Position numbers and translations under genes: made by a program. A model generated the notes under the pieces. It had not been told where the DNA came from and did no database searches. It saw only the letters and a list, made by a program, of their open reading frames with translations. Positions 1 through 8,778 of a stretch of 64,000 nt of DNA are shown here, piece by piece. This DNA comes from Candidatus Aenigmatarchaeota archaeon (GTDB taxonomy: Archaea > Aenigmatarchaeota > Aenigmatarchaeia > PWEA01), in assembly GCA_003554845.1 (NCBI GenBank), contig PWHK01000002.1, positions 3,538 through 67,537 of the forward strand, read 5' to 3'. Positions within the stretch are counted from its first letter, which is position 1. Every line of letters begins with the position of its first letter.

Positions 1-606
1 AGTTCCTGATACAGTGGCAGTGGCGTAACTATCGTTGATGGATGCTGATTCTATGTTTAGTCCGACCAGTCCACCTACCCTTGAGTTTCCTTCTACGTTT
101 CCACGTGCGAATGATCCCTTTACTGCCCCGTCTTCATTTCTTCCGATCAACCCACCTATCTGCATGTCTCCACGCACAGTGGCATCCATGATGCCTATAT
201 TTTTTACTGTACCGTCCTTGACTATTCCAAAAAGTCCTATGTGGTCAGTGCTTCTGTTGATGTAAAGACCTCCTATGGTATGTCCCTGACCGTCGAAGGT
301 TCCTTTAAATAGATTATTGTCATCACCTATCGGATCCCAGCCTTTGCCGTTGTTCGCAGTAGTAGAAGCATGGTCATTGTATCCAGCACTATTTTCATCT
401 AGGTCGTTTTCGAGTTCATAATAAGCATCTAAACCGTCTCTTACTTCGTCCAGTTCATTCCAGTCCGTGATTACATAGGGATCTGACTGTGTTCCCGAAC
501 CGGAGCCTGAAAATCCAAGGGCACCTTCCGCGAGAAATACAAATGCGAATGAGAAGATTACTGCAAGTAGTAATATCTTTGCTTTAGAACTGCATACACT
601 ACACAT
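1..606 (-). CDS. Secreted GLUG-repeat domain protein, N-terminal part (start at 606, runs out of the window; absent from ORF track because no stop codon lies in the window)
   Basis: Minus-strand ATG at 606. N-terminus MCSVCSSKAKILLLAVIFSFAFVFLA resembles a signal peptide. Repeated G-rich GLUG-like segments follow (GGLVGLN, GGLIGRN, NSYATATVSG). Confidence 0.5.
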   Translation of the reverse strand, partial: MCSVCSSKAKILLLAVIFSFAFVFLAEGALGFSGSGSGTQSDPYVITDWNELDEVRDGLDAYYELENDLDENSAGYNDHASTTANNGKGWDPIGDDNNLFKGTFDGQGHTIGGLYINRSTDHIGLFGIVKDGTVKNIGIMDATVRGDMQIGGLIGRNEDGAVKGSFARGNVEGNSRVGGLVGLNIESASINDSYATATVSGT

Positions 607-747
607 ACCTAAATAATTGTGGATTCATTATAAAAAGTTTCAAATATTAGTGGTAGAGAGCGTATGTTCTTCTCTATGTTTCTCTATTCAACCATGTGTT
701 CAGAGACGCTCTAGTCCTGTTATTTGGGTATTCTGAGTAAAATCGGG

Positions 748-757
748 GTATATAAGG
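748..757 (+). promoter_or_regulatory. TATA box (gggTATATAAggg) upstream of the MC1 gene
   Basis: TATATAA about 55 nt upstream of the ATG at 812; region is AT-rich. Confidence 0.45.
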
Positions 758-797
758 GCATAATTTTAAAAAGGATGGTGTACAAAGGGTACATTGT

Positions 798-805
798 GGA
801 GGTGA
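798..805 (+). promoter_or_regulatory. Shine-Dalgarno-like ribosome binding site GGAGGTGA
   Basis: Perfect GGAGGTGA 7 nt upstream of the ATG at 812. Similar GAGGTGA precedes the ORF at 44685. Confidence 0.5.
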
Positions 806-811
806 AAAAAC

Positions 812-1123
812 ATGGCCGATACTCGTTACTTTGAGATGATTGAGAAGGGTAAGAAGCATGTATTCAAAGGCAAGACACCACGCCAGGCTGCACTTAAGGC
901 AGCAACCAGATTCGGTACAAGAGGAAAAGCTGGTAAGAAGATAGAACTCAGGGAACGTGGAAGAAGAAACCAGGACGGTACCTACTCACTGCACCAGTAC
1001 CACGTAGGTTACGAAGAGAAGTCCGCACCATCCGATGCACCTGATTGGCTTGGAAACAAAGTCAAGGAGCCTCTTGTAGAAAAGCAGGGTGTCAAAAGAG
1101 TGGACAAAATACCTAAGGCTTAA
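812..1123 (+). CDS. Non-histone chromosomal protein MC1
   Basis: 103 aa, basic. Motifs GKTPRQAALKAATRFG, ELRERG and PDWLGNKVKEPLVEK resemble the GKQPRQAALKAANRG, IRLRERG and PDWMPEKISKPFVKK blocks of Methanosarcina MC1 as I recall them. Confidence 0.8.
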   Translation: MADTRYFEMIEKGKKHVFKGKTPRQAALKAATRFGTRGKAGKKIELRERGRRNQDGTYSLHQYHVGYEEKSAPSDAPDWLGNKVKEPLVEKQGVKRVDKIPKA

Positions 1124-1226
1124 AAACTCTTTTCGGGGTTTAATAGATCCCGAATTCCTTTCTTTATTTTATACAGTTCCGTAAAATTCAAAAACCTCCG
1201 GGTATTAGTGTAAATGGGGTGATACT

Positions 1227-1871
1227 GTGCTTACTTTCAAATGGTTTGGACAGGCCTGTTTTGGGATAAGCGACGGAAAAACCATAGTTACAGATCCACA
1301 TGACGGAAAGTCAGTAGGATTGAAAAGACCTGGTACAAAGGGCGACATAATAACAGTTTCCCATGATCACTATGATCATGCAAGTGGTAAGATGCTGGTT
1401 TCTAAGGATGATACCATTGTTGTCCAGGGTATGCATAGCGGAGAAGCGGATAGTATAAATCTTGAGAGGTTCCAGACATACCATGACAAGGTCGATGGAG
1501 ATGCAAGGGGAAGGAACACCATCTTCAAGTTCAAATTAGATGATGTATCTATATGCCATTTGGGAGATCTTGGCCATACTCTCGATCAAGAAACTATCAG
1601 AGAGATAAAACCCGTTGATATTTTAATGGTCCCCGTCGGCGGAAAGTTTACGGTGGATGGAGACGAGGCAGCAGACGTTGTAAGGGCACTGGAGCCACAG
1701 GTTGTTATACCCATGCACTATAAGGTAGAAGGTCTGGAAGTTCCTATATTTGGTCCTGGCAGGTTCCTGAATAACATAGGTGATGATTACGAGGTAACCG
1801 AAATGGAGGTACTGGAACTGGATGGTCTTCCTGAGAAAAGGATGGTATACGTCCTTGACTGTCTGGCCTGA
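1227..1871 (+). CDS. Metallo-beta-lactamase-fold metal-dependent hydrolase (GTG start)
   Basis: HxHxDH motif VSHDHYDHASG plus downstream His/Asp ligands (CHLGDLGH, PMHYK); 214 aa. Confidence 0.7.
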   Translation: MLTFKWFGQACFGISDGKTIVTDPHDGKSVGLKRPGTKGDIITVSHDHYDHASGKMLVSKDDTIVVQGMHSGEADSINLERFQTYHDKVDGDARGRNTIFKFKLDDVSICHLGDLGHTLDQETIREIKPVDILMVPVGGKFTVDGDEAADVVRALEPQVVIPMHYKVEGLEVPIFGPGRFLNNIGDDYEVTEMEVLELDGLPEKRMVYVLDCLA

Positions 1872-1954
1872 TCTTCGCAAACAAAATCAATCTTGCTTTA
1901 CTCTTCAGTTTTCTGCAGATAAATCTTTATCAACATCGCCGGGTAGTTATTCAT

Positions 1955-2380
1955 ATGTTATACGAAGGCTATTCCGAGAGGGTTGCTTCATACGGTTTCA
2001 TATCCGGGTTAATACTAGGACAGATTGTTGGGATAGTTTTTTCTTTTTTGACGGAGCTGGATGTAGTCTCTGGTATAGTAAATGGAGCCGGTGCCGGTGT
2101 AGTTATCGCGATGATACCTGCATATATGCTGATTAACAGGAAGTTCACCGACGGGAAGATGATCATTCCTTTTGCGATGGGATGGGGCACTGTAGTGGGA
2201 ATAATGGTTGGATTGGCTGTTGCATGGGCCCGGGGATTGGTTTACATGGGAGGATTTTCCTATGGTTCCATCGGGGGTCTTGTAACCGGAACTGCCATTG
2301 GACTTTTTCTTTGGTGGATTCCAGAAGACGATGAATTAAACGGTTTAAGCGAAGAGGAATTTGTGGAAATAAGTGAATAG
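1955..2380 (+). CDS. Small integral membrane protein, unknown function
   Basis: 141 aa, 3-4 hydrophobic helices rich in G/A/V, acidic C-terminal tail. Confidence 0.45.
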   Translation: MLYEGYSERVASYGFISGLILGQIVGIVFSFLTELDVVSGIVNGAGAGVVIAMIPAYMLINRKFTDGKMIIPFAMGWGTVVGIMVGLAVAWARGLVYMGGFSYGSIGGLVTGTAIGLFLWWIPEDDELNGLSEEEFVEISE

Positions 2381-2382
2381 AT

Positions 2383-2479
2383 TGGCGTCCTCGGAGGGAT
2401 TTGAACCCTCGACTCCCAGCTTAGGAGGTTCACCTTCCGTTTGGAATCTGGTGCTCTGTCCAGACTGAGCTACGAGGAC
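2383..2479 (-). tRNA. tRNA-Trp(CCA) with a ~20 nt intron in the anticodon loop; CCA encoded
   Basis: Minus-strand RNA gtcctcg-ta-gctc...gagc-a-ccaga-ttCCAaa-[intron ~2420-2440]-gctgg-gagtc-gaggg-ttcaaat-ccctc-cgaggac-g-cca. Acceptor, D and T stems pair; anticodon CCA. The 97-nt length implies an intron of about 20 nt. Confidence 0.75.
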
Positions 2480-2518
2480 AGCATTTACGTATCTACAGGC
2501 AAAACTACTTAAAACTTT

Positions 2519-2890
2519 TTATATGGAACCTTTGAGTTCCTTTAGTTTTTTAGAAGCTGCGTAGTACATATGGTGTTTTTTGTTGCCGCTCAGTATTCCT
2601 TTGTTTTCCTCTGCCTTCTTTATGGCTCTGTTGAGAAGATGTTCTTCGAAACTTCCTGTTGCTTCCATCTGATTTTTGACTGCTTTGTGTGTGTAGCTCA
2701 GGTTGACGAGTGCATGATCGAGAGACTCCGAATGTACACCCTTTTTCCAAAGTTCTTCAAACTCTTCCTTCGATCTTCCAAAGTTTTTGAAGAAGTTCCA
2801 GAATCTTGTAAATAAAAAAAGAGATGCAGTTGACCCAACTGCCAGACTCAAAAGACCCGTGAACTTTATGAACTCTCCTGTAAAGGACAT
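2519..2890 (-). CDS. Small protein with one N-terminal TM helix, unknown function (internal start of track ORF 2519..3202)
   Basis: The track ORF reads as low-complexity antisense of the 2978..3286 gene beyond 2890. From MSFTGEF (ATG at 2890) it reads as a real 123-aa protein: TM helix, then a charged domain KEEFEELWKKG...KKLKELKGSI. Confidence 0.4.
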   Translation of the reverse strand: MSFTGEFIKFTGLLSLAVGSTASLFLFTRFWNFFKNFGRSKEEFEELWKKGVHSESLDHALVNLSYTHKAVKNQMEATGSFEEHLLNRAIKKAEENKGILSGNKKHHMYYAASKKLKELKGSI

Positions 2891-2977
2891 ACTACTACAA
2901 GTTTTGGTGTCGTTGGTTAAAAACTTTCCCATGGCCTTCCAACAACTATTAAAGAATAACCCAACAAAATTGATGGT

Positions 2978-3286
2978 ATGTGTGGAGAGATAATAAACGA
3001 TTCCGGTGGTGGAAGTGAAACTTCCGATGTGACTTTCTACGAAGACATCCACGAAAAAGTATCTGAATACTTTGATGACGACGAAGCTACGGACAAGGTG
3101 ATTGATTCCATAAAGGAATATATAGACAAAAGAATCGAAGGCCTTGAAAAAGAGTACGATCAAAGAATGGAGGAGCTGGAGGACAAGCAAAACTGTGACC
3201 ACTTTTTTATAAACAAGTCACAGAGTAGTGGAAAGAAAGTATACAGATGCAACGAATGCAAGGATATCATAATCTTTGATGATTAG
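2978..3286 (+). CDS. Small acidic protein with C-terminal C-x-H...CxxC zinc-ribbon-like motif
   Basis: 102 aa, highly acidic, ends CDHFF...YRCNECKDIIIFDD. Convergent with the radical SAM gene. Confidence 0.4.
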   Translation: MCGEIINDSGGGSETSDVTFYEDIHEKVSEYFDDDEATDKVIDSIKEYIDKRIEGLEKEYDQRMEELEDKQNCDHFFINKSQSSGKKVYRCNECKDIIIFDD

Positions 3287-3289
3287 TTT

Positions 3290-4810
3290 CTAACTCAGTT
3301 TTCCGTGCCACAGACCATCTTTCAAACTTTTACCTTCTCTTTGTTCCCATTCATCTATGGGTATGGAGTTTTTCTCACGGATCTTCTCACCTACTCCAAG
3401 GCCGTTGTATGCACAGAAAGGTACCATCCCCTTGGGGGTGGTGTACTGTATTACGCAGCTACTTAGTCTGTTTATATCAAGATTCCATGCATCCTGGAAC
3501 CACATGCTCCCTATGTAAAGGGTTTTTTTGTGGAACTTACCCAGGGATTTGTAGTCTCCTCCTACAAGGGCATTTGAAAGTATCTTCTTTATGGATATAT
3601 CTTCTGGAACCTTTTCGGAGTCTATAAAGTCCGGAAGGGTTGTCATGAGAGAGGACATTATCCTTGTCTTTTTGAAACGTCCATCCTTCTTCGATAGTCT
3701 GTTTATGAAGTCCATAAGACCTTCTACATCTACAAATCTTGTTATCGGTATAATCTTTCCATCCTCTACGAAGGCATATGTTGCTCCACCACATGTCGGA
3801 TGGGCGGTGAACTCGACCTGTTTTTCGTTTTTTACGCTTTCAATCAGCTTCGACACGGGATATACAAAGGGAACAGGATACCAGTCATCTCTGCTGAGTT
3901 CGCCGTCCAGTTGCTTGTTTAAAGCCTCCATCATTTCAGAATAGTCGACTCTCTGTTGTTTTCTGTAGTCGTCGTCTACCTCTGTTATTCTTCCTGTGAA
4001 GGCAAGCGGCTGGAAGTTAACACCTCTTACAACATCTATATTTTCCTGGGCAAACCTCACTATGTCCCCGGCTTCATGTAGATTATTTTGTGATAGTACA
4101 GGAACAAGAACAATGCTTCCCATGCCGAATTTCCGCATGTTTTCAATTGCCTTTTTGTTCTGTTCTATCCAGGAGTTTGTTTCTTCTGTAACTCCATCGA
4201 AGCTCAGGTAAAGTGTATTAACAGCACTTTCCGCCAACTTCTTGGCGAACTCCTCGTCCTCGGCTATGTCTATTCCATTTGTATTTAGTTGTATGTGTAC
4301 AAAGCCCTTTTCGTCTGCCATCTCTATTATGTCGAACAGGTCGTCTCTGACTGTAGGTTCTCCACCGGTTATCTGTATTGATTTGGAACCAACAGGTTCT
4401 ATATTTCTCGCCTGGTCCATGAGTTCCTCTATCTCATCAAGGGTGGGTTCATATACATAGCCGGATGCACCTGCATTCATAAAGCAGTAAGAACAGCGCA
4501 GGTTGCAGCGGTTCGTGACGGTTAGATTTGTTAGAACAGACTGTGATTTGTGATTGTCGTAAAGAGAAAGATCCTCTACCTTGACCTTTTCAACTCCGCT
4601 ACCCTCTCTTTCGTACCTTTTCCATTTTCTATAGTCTTCGGGTTTGCTGAATATTATCGCCCGGAAGGTTCCATGGTCTCCACATTCCTTTTTAAGCCAT
4701 ATTTTTCCGTCTTCTTCGATGACCTCTGCGTCTATTTTCTGTAAGTCTCCTTTCTTGAGGCATTCTGGACATACAGACTCAGTCTTTTCCAGGATCTCCA
4801 TAATTATCAA
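3290..4810 (-). CDS. Radical SAM enzyme with N-terminal Cys3His zinc-ribbon-like domain and C-terminal Cys-containing domain (possibly tetraether-lipid-synthase-like)
   Basis: 506 aa. CNLRCSYC (CxxxCxxC) near residue 100, GGE motif QITGGEPT, LNTNG. N-terminal CPEC...CGDHG. C-terminal cysteines HPTCGG and CVIQY...FCAYN. Confidence 0.85.
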   Translation of the reverse strand: MIIMEILEKTESVCPECLKKGDLQKIDAEVIEEDGKIWLKKECGDHGTFRAIIFSKPEDYRKWKRYEREGSGVEKVKVEDLSLYDNHKSQSVLTNLTVTNRCNLRCSYCFMNAGASGYVYEPTLDEIEELMDQARNIEPVGSKSIQITGGEPTVRDDLFDIIEMADEKGFVHIQLNTNGIDIAEDEEFAKKLAESAVNTLYLSFDGVTEETNSWIEQNKKAIENMRKFGMGSIVLVPVLSQNNLHEAGDIVRFAQENIDVVRGVNFQPLAFTGRITEVDDDYRKQQRVDYSEMMEALNKQLDGELSRDDWYPVPFVYPVSKLIESVKNEKQVEFTAHPTCGGATYAFVEDGKIIPITRFVDVEGLMDFINRLSKKDGRFKKTRIMSSLMTTLPDFIDSEKVPEDISIKKILSNALVGGDYKSLGKFHKKTLYIGSMWFQDAWNLDINRLSSCVIQYTTPKGMVPFCAYNGLGVGEKIREKNSIPIDEWEQREGKSLKDGLWHGKLS

Positions 4811-4874
4811 ACTTTTGTTAAGTTTTAAATCTTTTAAAAGTTTGGATCTACTTTAGAATGGGTTATATATAAAA

Positions 4875-6320
4875 CTAAGGAGTTCTTTTCCATCTGGTTT
4901 TTCCTTCACTGTCCTCTATCTCAACGCCTGCGTTTCTTAGCACCTTTCTTACTCTGTCTGCTTCATCGTAATCCCCTTCCTTTCTCAGGTCTTCCCTTAT
5001 GTCTATCATAAGTTCAATGGCCTCGCTTGGTATTTTTCCGCCCTCGGTTTCCAGGTCCAGTTTGAGTCCCAGGACACCCCCAAGTTCCTGTATCTTTTCC
5101 TTTGCCTTGTTGAGGACTTCCTTACTGTTGTCCAGACCTTTGTTGACCTTTTTAGTGAACTTCATTATGCTGTTAAGTGCCTTGGGTGTGTCCAAGTCGT
5201 TGTCCATGGCCTCTTCAAACCTTTTTTCCATCTTTTCTATGTCCTTTTCTAGGTCTTCCTTGTCGCCGCCCTTTGCGTTTTCTATATTCCAGAGTGTGTT
5301 GTAGATCTTTTCGAGGTTACCTTCTACAGTTTCCAAGGCCTCTTCGTTGAAGTCCACCTGTTTTCTGTAGTGGCTGCTTGCAAAGAACATGCGCAGAACC
5401 TCAAAGTCATATTTTTCCAGTAGATCTCCGACGGTGTAGAAGTTGCCCTTGCTCTTGGACATCTTTTCTCCATCTGTTGTTATGTGTTCACTGTGCAGCC
5501 AGTAGTTTACAGGTTCTTCATCTAGATCTCCCATTGCTATGTTCTGTGCCCTTTCGTTTGGATGGTGTGGGAAGAGATGATCTATGCCGCCTGTATGTAT
5601 ATCGAACTTCTCTCCAAGGTATTTTGTTCCCATGACACTGCACTCTAGATGCCAGCCCGGGTAACCCTTTCCCCATGGAGAGGGCCACTTCATAAGATGC
5701 TCAGGATCTGCATTTATCCAGAGGGCGAAGTCAATCGGAGACTTCTTCTCCTCTGTTTCGTCTTCGCTTACACGTCCCCCTGCCCCTGTCTTGAGTTGCT
5801 CAATATCCATGCTTCCTATCTTTGGGTAGCCGTGCTTCCGATGGAACTTCATTACATCGAAGTATACTGTGCCGTTTATTTCGTATCCATATCCGTTCTC
5901 GATTATACTTCTTACGGCCTCTATCATCTCGACCATATGTCCCGTGGCCCTTGGGTTCACGTTGTGTCTTTTCATATTCAGAGATTTCATCTCTCTGTAC
6001 CACCTTTGGACCTGTTCCGTTACCAGTTCCATGGGTTCCAATCTCAGTTCCTTTGCCTTCTTTTCCACCTTGTCTTCTCCTTGGTCCAAGTCGTCTGTTA
6101 GATGTCCCACATCGGTTATATTCATTACATGGAATACACTGTATCCCTTCCATGTTAGGTATCTATTGAGAATATCCCAGGCTGCATATGTTCTTGCGTT
6201 TCCAACATGCATGTCGTCGTATATCGTCTGTCCACATGAGTATATCCTCACCCTTTTATCGTCTATGGGTTTGAATTCTTCTTTTTTCCGTGTAAGCGTG
6301 TTGTAGAGTTTAAGAGTCAT
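4875..6320 (-). CDS. cysS: Cysteinyl-tRNA synthetase
   Basis: Class I motifs HVGNARTY (HIGH) and KMSKSKGN (KMSKS); 481 aa. Confidence 0.95.
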   Translation of the reverse strand: MTLKLYNTLTRKKEEFKPIDDKRVRIYSCGQTIYDDMHVGNARTYAAWDILNRYLTWKGYSVFHVMNITDVGHLTDDLDQGEDKVEKKAKELRLEPMELVTEQVQRWYREMKSLNMKRHNVNPRATGHMVEMIEAVRSIIENGYGYEINGTVYFDVMKFHRKHGYPKIGSMDIEQLKTGAGGRVSEDETEEKKSPIDFALWINADPEHLMKWPSPWGKGYPGWHLECSVMGTKYLGEKFDIHTGGIDHLFPHHPNERAQNIAMGDLDEEPVNYWLHSEHITTDGEKMSKSKGNFYTVGDLLEKYDFEVLRMFFASSHYRKQVDFNEEALETVEGNLEKIYNTLWNIENAKGGDKEDLEKDIEKMEKRFEEAMDNDLDTPKALNSIMKFTKKVNKGLDNSKEVLNKAKEKIQELGGVLGLKLDLETEGGKIPSEAIELMIDIREDLRKEGDYDEADRVRKVLRNAGVEIEDSEGKTRWKRTP

Positions 6321-6331
6321 GTTACCACGAA

Positions 6332-6408
6332 TGGAGCCGGGCGCCGGATTCGAACCGGCGTACGCGGATCTGCAGTCCGCTGCCTAAGCCTGACTCGGCC
6401 AGCCCGGC
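6332..6408 (-). tRNA. tRNA-Cys(GCA), no intron, CCA encoded
   Basis: gccgggc-tg-gcc...ggc-a-gcgga-ctGCAga-tccgc-gtac-gccgg-ttcgaat-ccggc-gcccggc-t-cca. All four stems pair; about 66% GC. Confidence 0.9.
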
Positions 6409-6602
6409 ATCTTTTTGTCTAGTGTTTACAAGTTTGAAAACAGAATCTGTACTTTCTATGGTTTGCTGTAGAAGTTTCTCGGTAATTTCATCTACGGAGA
6501 CAAAAATATCCACCGACCATTTTACCACATATTTTCTTTGTATACAGTCCTTAAATATCTTTCGAGAAAGGCTGCCTTAACTCTAGTTCCGACTATCCAT
6601 TG

Positions 6603-6812
6603 TCATTCGTCCTTCCTCTCTTCCAACTTTTCTATCTCTTCGTATCCTGTCATCAAAAAGGGACCCCCGAAATCCATTCCCATGTCGTCGTAGGGGTCTT
6701 CATAGAACCTCTTCGAGACCTCGTCCCAGTCGGTCATTCTTTCGTAGCTGTCCTTGAGAAATCCACAGAACTTCGAAAAACCTTCTTTGATTCCATTTGC
6801 CATAGTTACCAT
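6603..6812 (-). CDS. Small acidic hypothetical protein
   Basis: 69 aa, protein-like composition (MTDWDEVSKRFYEDPYDDMGMDFGGPF). The overlapping plus-strand ORF looks like noise. Confidence 0.3.
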   Translation of the reverse strand: MVTMANGIKEGFSKFCGFLKDSYERMTDWDEVSKRFYEDPYDDMGMDFGGPFLMTGYEEIEKLEERKDE

Positions 6813-6903
6813 TTAGTAAATATACCTTAAAATTTATAAGGATTTGTATTCAACTTTACTGAGACGTTTCCGATGCGTTGAAAAATACCCTGTATGATGT
6901 GAA

Positions 6904-7935
6904 ATGGACCCACACCAAATAGAACTTTCCAGGGAGATAATAATAGGTAACGACGCCTACGAAGAGTTCCCACAGGTCCTTGAAAAACTCGGTCTCAGAG
7001 GCCCTGCTCTTCTTATATGTGATCCTACCACCTTTGATGTTGCAGGAAGAAGGGTAACGGAGATCCTGAAAGCCGATGGATTTTCTGTTGACAGGGTGGT
7101 ATGTAACGACGTCACCGAAAAGGAACTGGAAAGAGTCAGAACCAAGGTAGACCACTTTAGATTTGTTCTCGGTGTCGGTGGGGGTAGAATAATAGATACA
7201 GCCAAATATGTGGGTACAGAAGAGTCTGTTCCGTATATATCCGTTCCTACTGCTCCGTCGCACGACGGTATAGCAAGTTCAAGGGCAACTATAAACAAGG
7301 AAGACAGGAGATATTCCTACAAGGCAGACGCACCTACAGCGATAGTTGCGGATCTAGACATAATAGGAAATGCCCCGATGGAACTTATATCTGCCGGGTG
7401 TGGTGATCTTCTTTCAAATATAACTTCCGTGGAGGACTGGAAGCTTGGGCAGAGAGACAATGGTGAGTACTACTCTGACTACGCAGCAGCCCTCTCGGTT
7501 CTGGCGGCCGAGATAACCATAAGTTCTGCCGACATGATAAAGAACAGGGAAGAAAGGGGTATAAGAAATCTTGTAAAGGCCCTGATATCTGCAGGTATAT
7601 CCATGTCTATAGCTGGTTCTTCCAGGCCGTGTTCAGGCGCAGACCATCAGTTTTCCCATGCTTTGGACTACATAGCAGACAGGCCCGGGAACCACGGCCA
7701 CCAGTGTGCCATGGGAGCGCTTCTTTCTGCTGAGATGAGAGGAATGGACTACAGCCAGCTCAAGAGAACCATGGAAGAGCTTGGTATACCAACAACCATA
7801 GAGGAGACAACCTTTTCGGAGGAAGAGGCCACAAGGGCGTGGAACGAAGCCGGTAGTATAAGGGATAGGTATACCGTTCTCGATGTAGAGGAAGAAGAAA
7901 CCAGAAGCTTATTTAAACGTGCGGGAATTATTTAG
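6904..7935 (+). CDS. egsA: Glycerol-1-phosphate dehydrogenase [NAD(P)+]
   Basis: 343 aa iron-ADH-fold protein. Nucleotide-binding GVGGGRIIDTAKY, His-rich metal site (HQFSHALD, HGHQCAMG). Confidence 0.9.
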   Translation: MDPHQIELSREIIIGNDAYEEFPQVLEKLGLRGPALLICDPTTFDVAGRRVTEILKADGFSVDRVVCNDVTEKELERVRTKVDHFRFVLGVGGGRIIDTAKYVGTEESVPYISVPTAPSHDGIASSRATINKEDRRYSYKADAPTAIVADLDIIGNAPMELISAGCGDLLSNITSVEDWKLGQRDNGEYYSDYAAALSVLAAEITISSADMIKNREERGIRNLVKALISAGISMSIAGSSRPCSGADHQFSHALDYIADRPGNHGHQCAMGALLSAEMRGMDYSQLKRTMEELGIPTTIEETTFSEEEATRAWNEAGSIRDRYTVLDVEEEETRSLFKRAGII

Positions 7936-7946
7936 TTCGTGATAAA

Positions 7947-8624
7947 ATGCCTGGTCAATGGAACCACATAACGAAGATAGACCCCGATAAGGAAATATCC
8001 CAGGAAAAGTTGAACAGAGTAGTGAACAGCGGAACAGATGCCCTTATGATTTCGGGTACACAGGGGGTTACAAGGGAAAAGCTCAAGAAAACTCTGGATA
8101 TGCTCAAGGACTGTGATCTTCCCAAAATACTGGAACCCTCGGATCCATCTAATGTTCTTTACAACGGTTTCGATGATATCTATGTCCCCTCTGTCATAAA
8201 TGCAAGGGATCCAAGGTGGATAATGGGGCACCACAAGGACTGGGCGATAAACTTCAACCCTAAGTGGGGTAAGATAACAAAGGAGGCCTATATAGTTCTG
8301 AACCCCGATTCTGCTGTAGGTATGGTTACACAGTCCAAGACAGATTTAACCACAGAAGAGGTTGCTGCATATGCTACGATAGCAGAGAAATACTACGACT
8401 TTCCTATAGTATACATAGAGTACAGCGGGACCTTTGGAGATCCCAGGGTTGTAAAGGCAGTTAGGGAAGCGCTCGATGATGCCTTCCTGTTCTATGGAGG
8501 GGGAATAAAGAGCGAGGAACAGAGCAGGAAGATGTCCAGATACGCAGATTCAGTCGTCGTCGGGAACGTCATATACGAGGACGATCTAGAAGTTTATCTA
8601 TCCACCGTTGAAGGAGCTAAGTGA
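7947..8624 (+). CDS. Geranylgeranylglyceryl phosphate synthase (PcrB family)
   Basis: 225 aa. N-terminus WNHITKIDPDK, C-terminal GGGIKS phosphate-binding loop, TIM-barrel pattern. Confidence 0.9.
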   Translation: MPGQWNHITKIDPDKEISQEKLNRVVNSGTDALMISGTQGVTREKLKKTLDMLKDCDLPKILEPSDPSNVLYNGFDDIYVPSVINARDPRWIMGHHKDWAINFNPKWGKITKEAYIVLNPDSAVGMVTQSKTDLTTEEVAAYATIAEKYYDFPIVYIEYSGTFGDPRVVKAVREALDDAFLFYGGGIKSEEQSRKMSRYADSVVVGNVIYEDDLEVYLSTVEGAK

Positions 8625-8778
8625 GTGGCTTCTACAGTTCTTCTTTGATTTCGCTTCTGAGCTCCTGGAAGTCGAGTTCGTTTGTCAGAACCCTGTCTTC
8701 AAGATATGATATCTTTGCTTCTATCTTTTCGATTCTTTCAAGAACTTCTTTGCAGTTGGTTTCTTCGGACATAGATAC

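Noticed and set aside
2519-3202. Full-length 227-aa track ORF on the minus strand
   Set aside because: The N-terminal ~100 aa are antisense of the 2978..3286 gene and look non-coding. Only the 2519..2890 portion was kept.
6322-6528. 68-aa minus-strand ORF
   Set aside because: Its C-terminal half is the tRNA-Cys gene read as protein (GLGSGLQIRVRRFESGARLHSW), so it is not coding.
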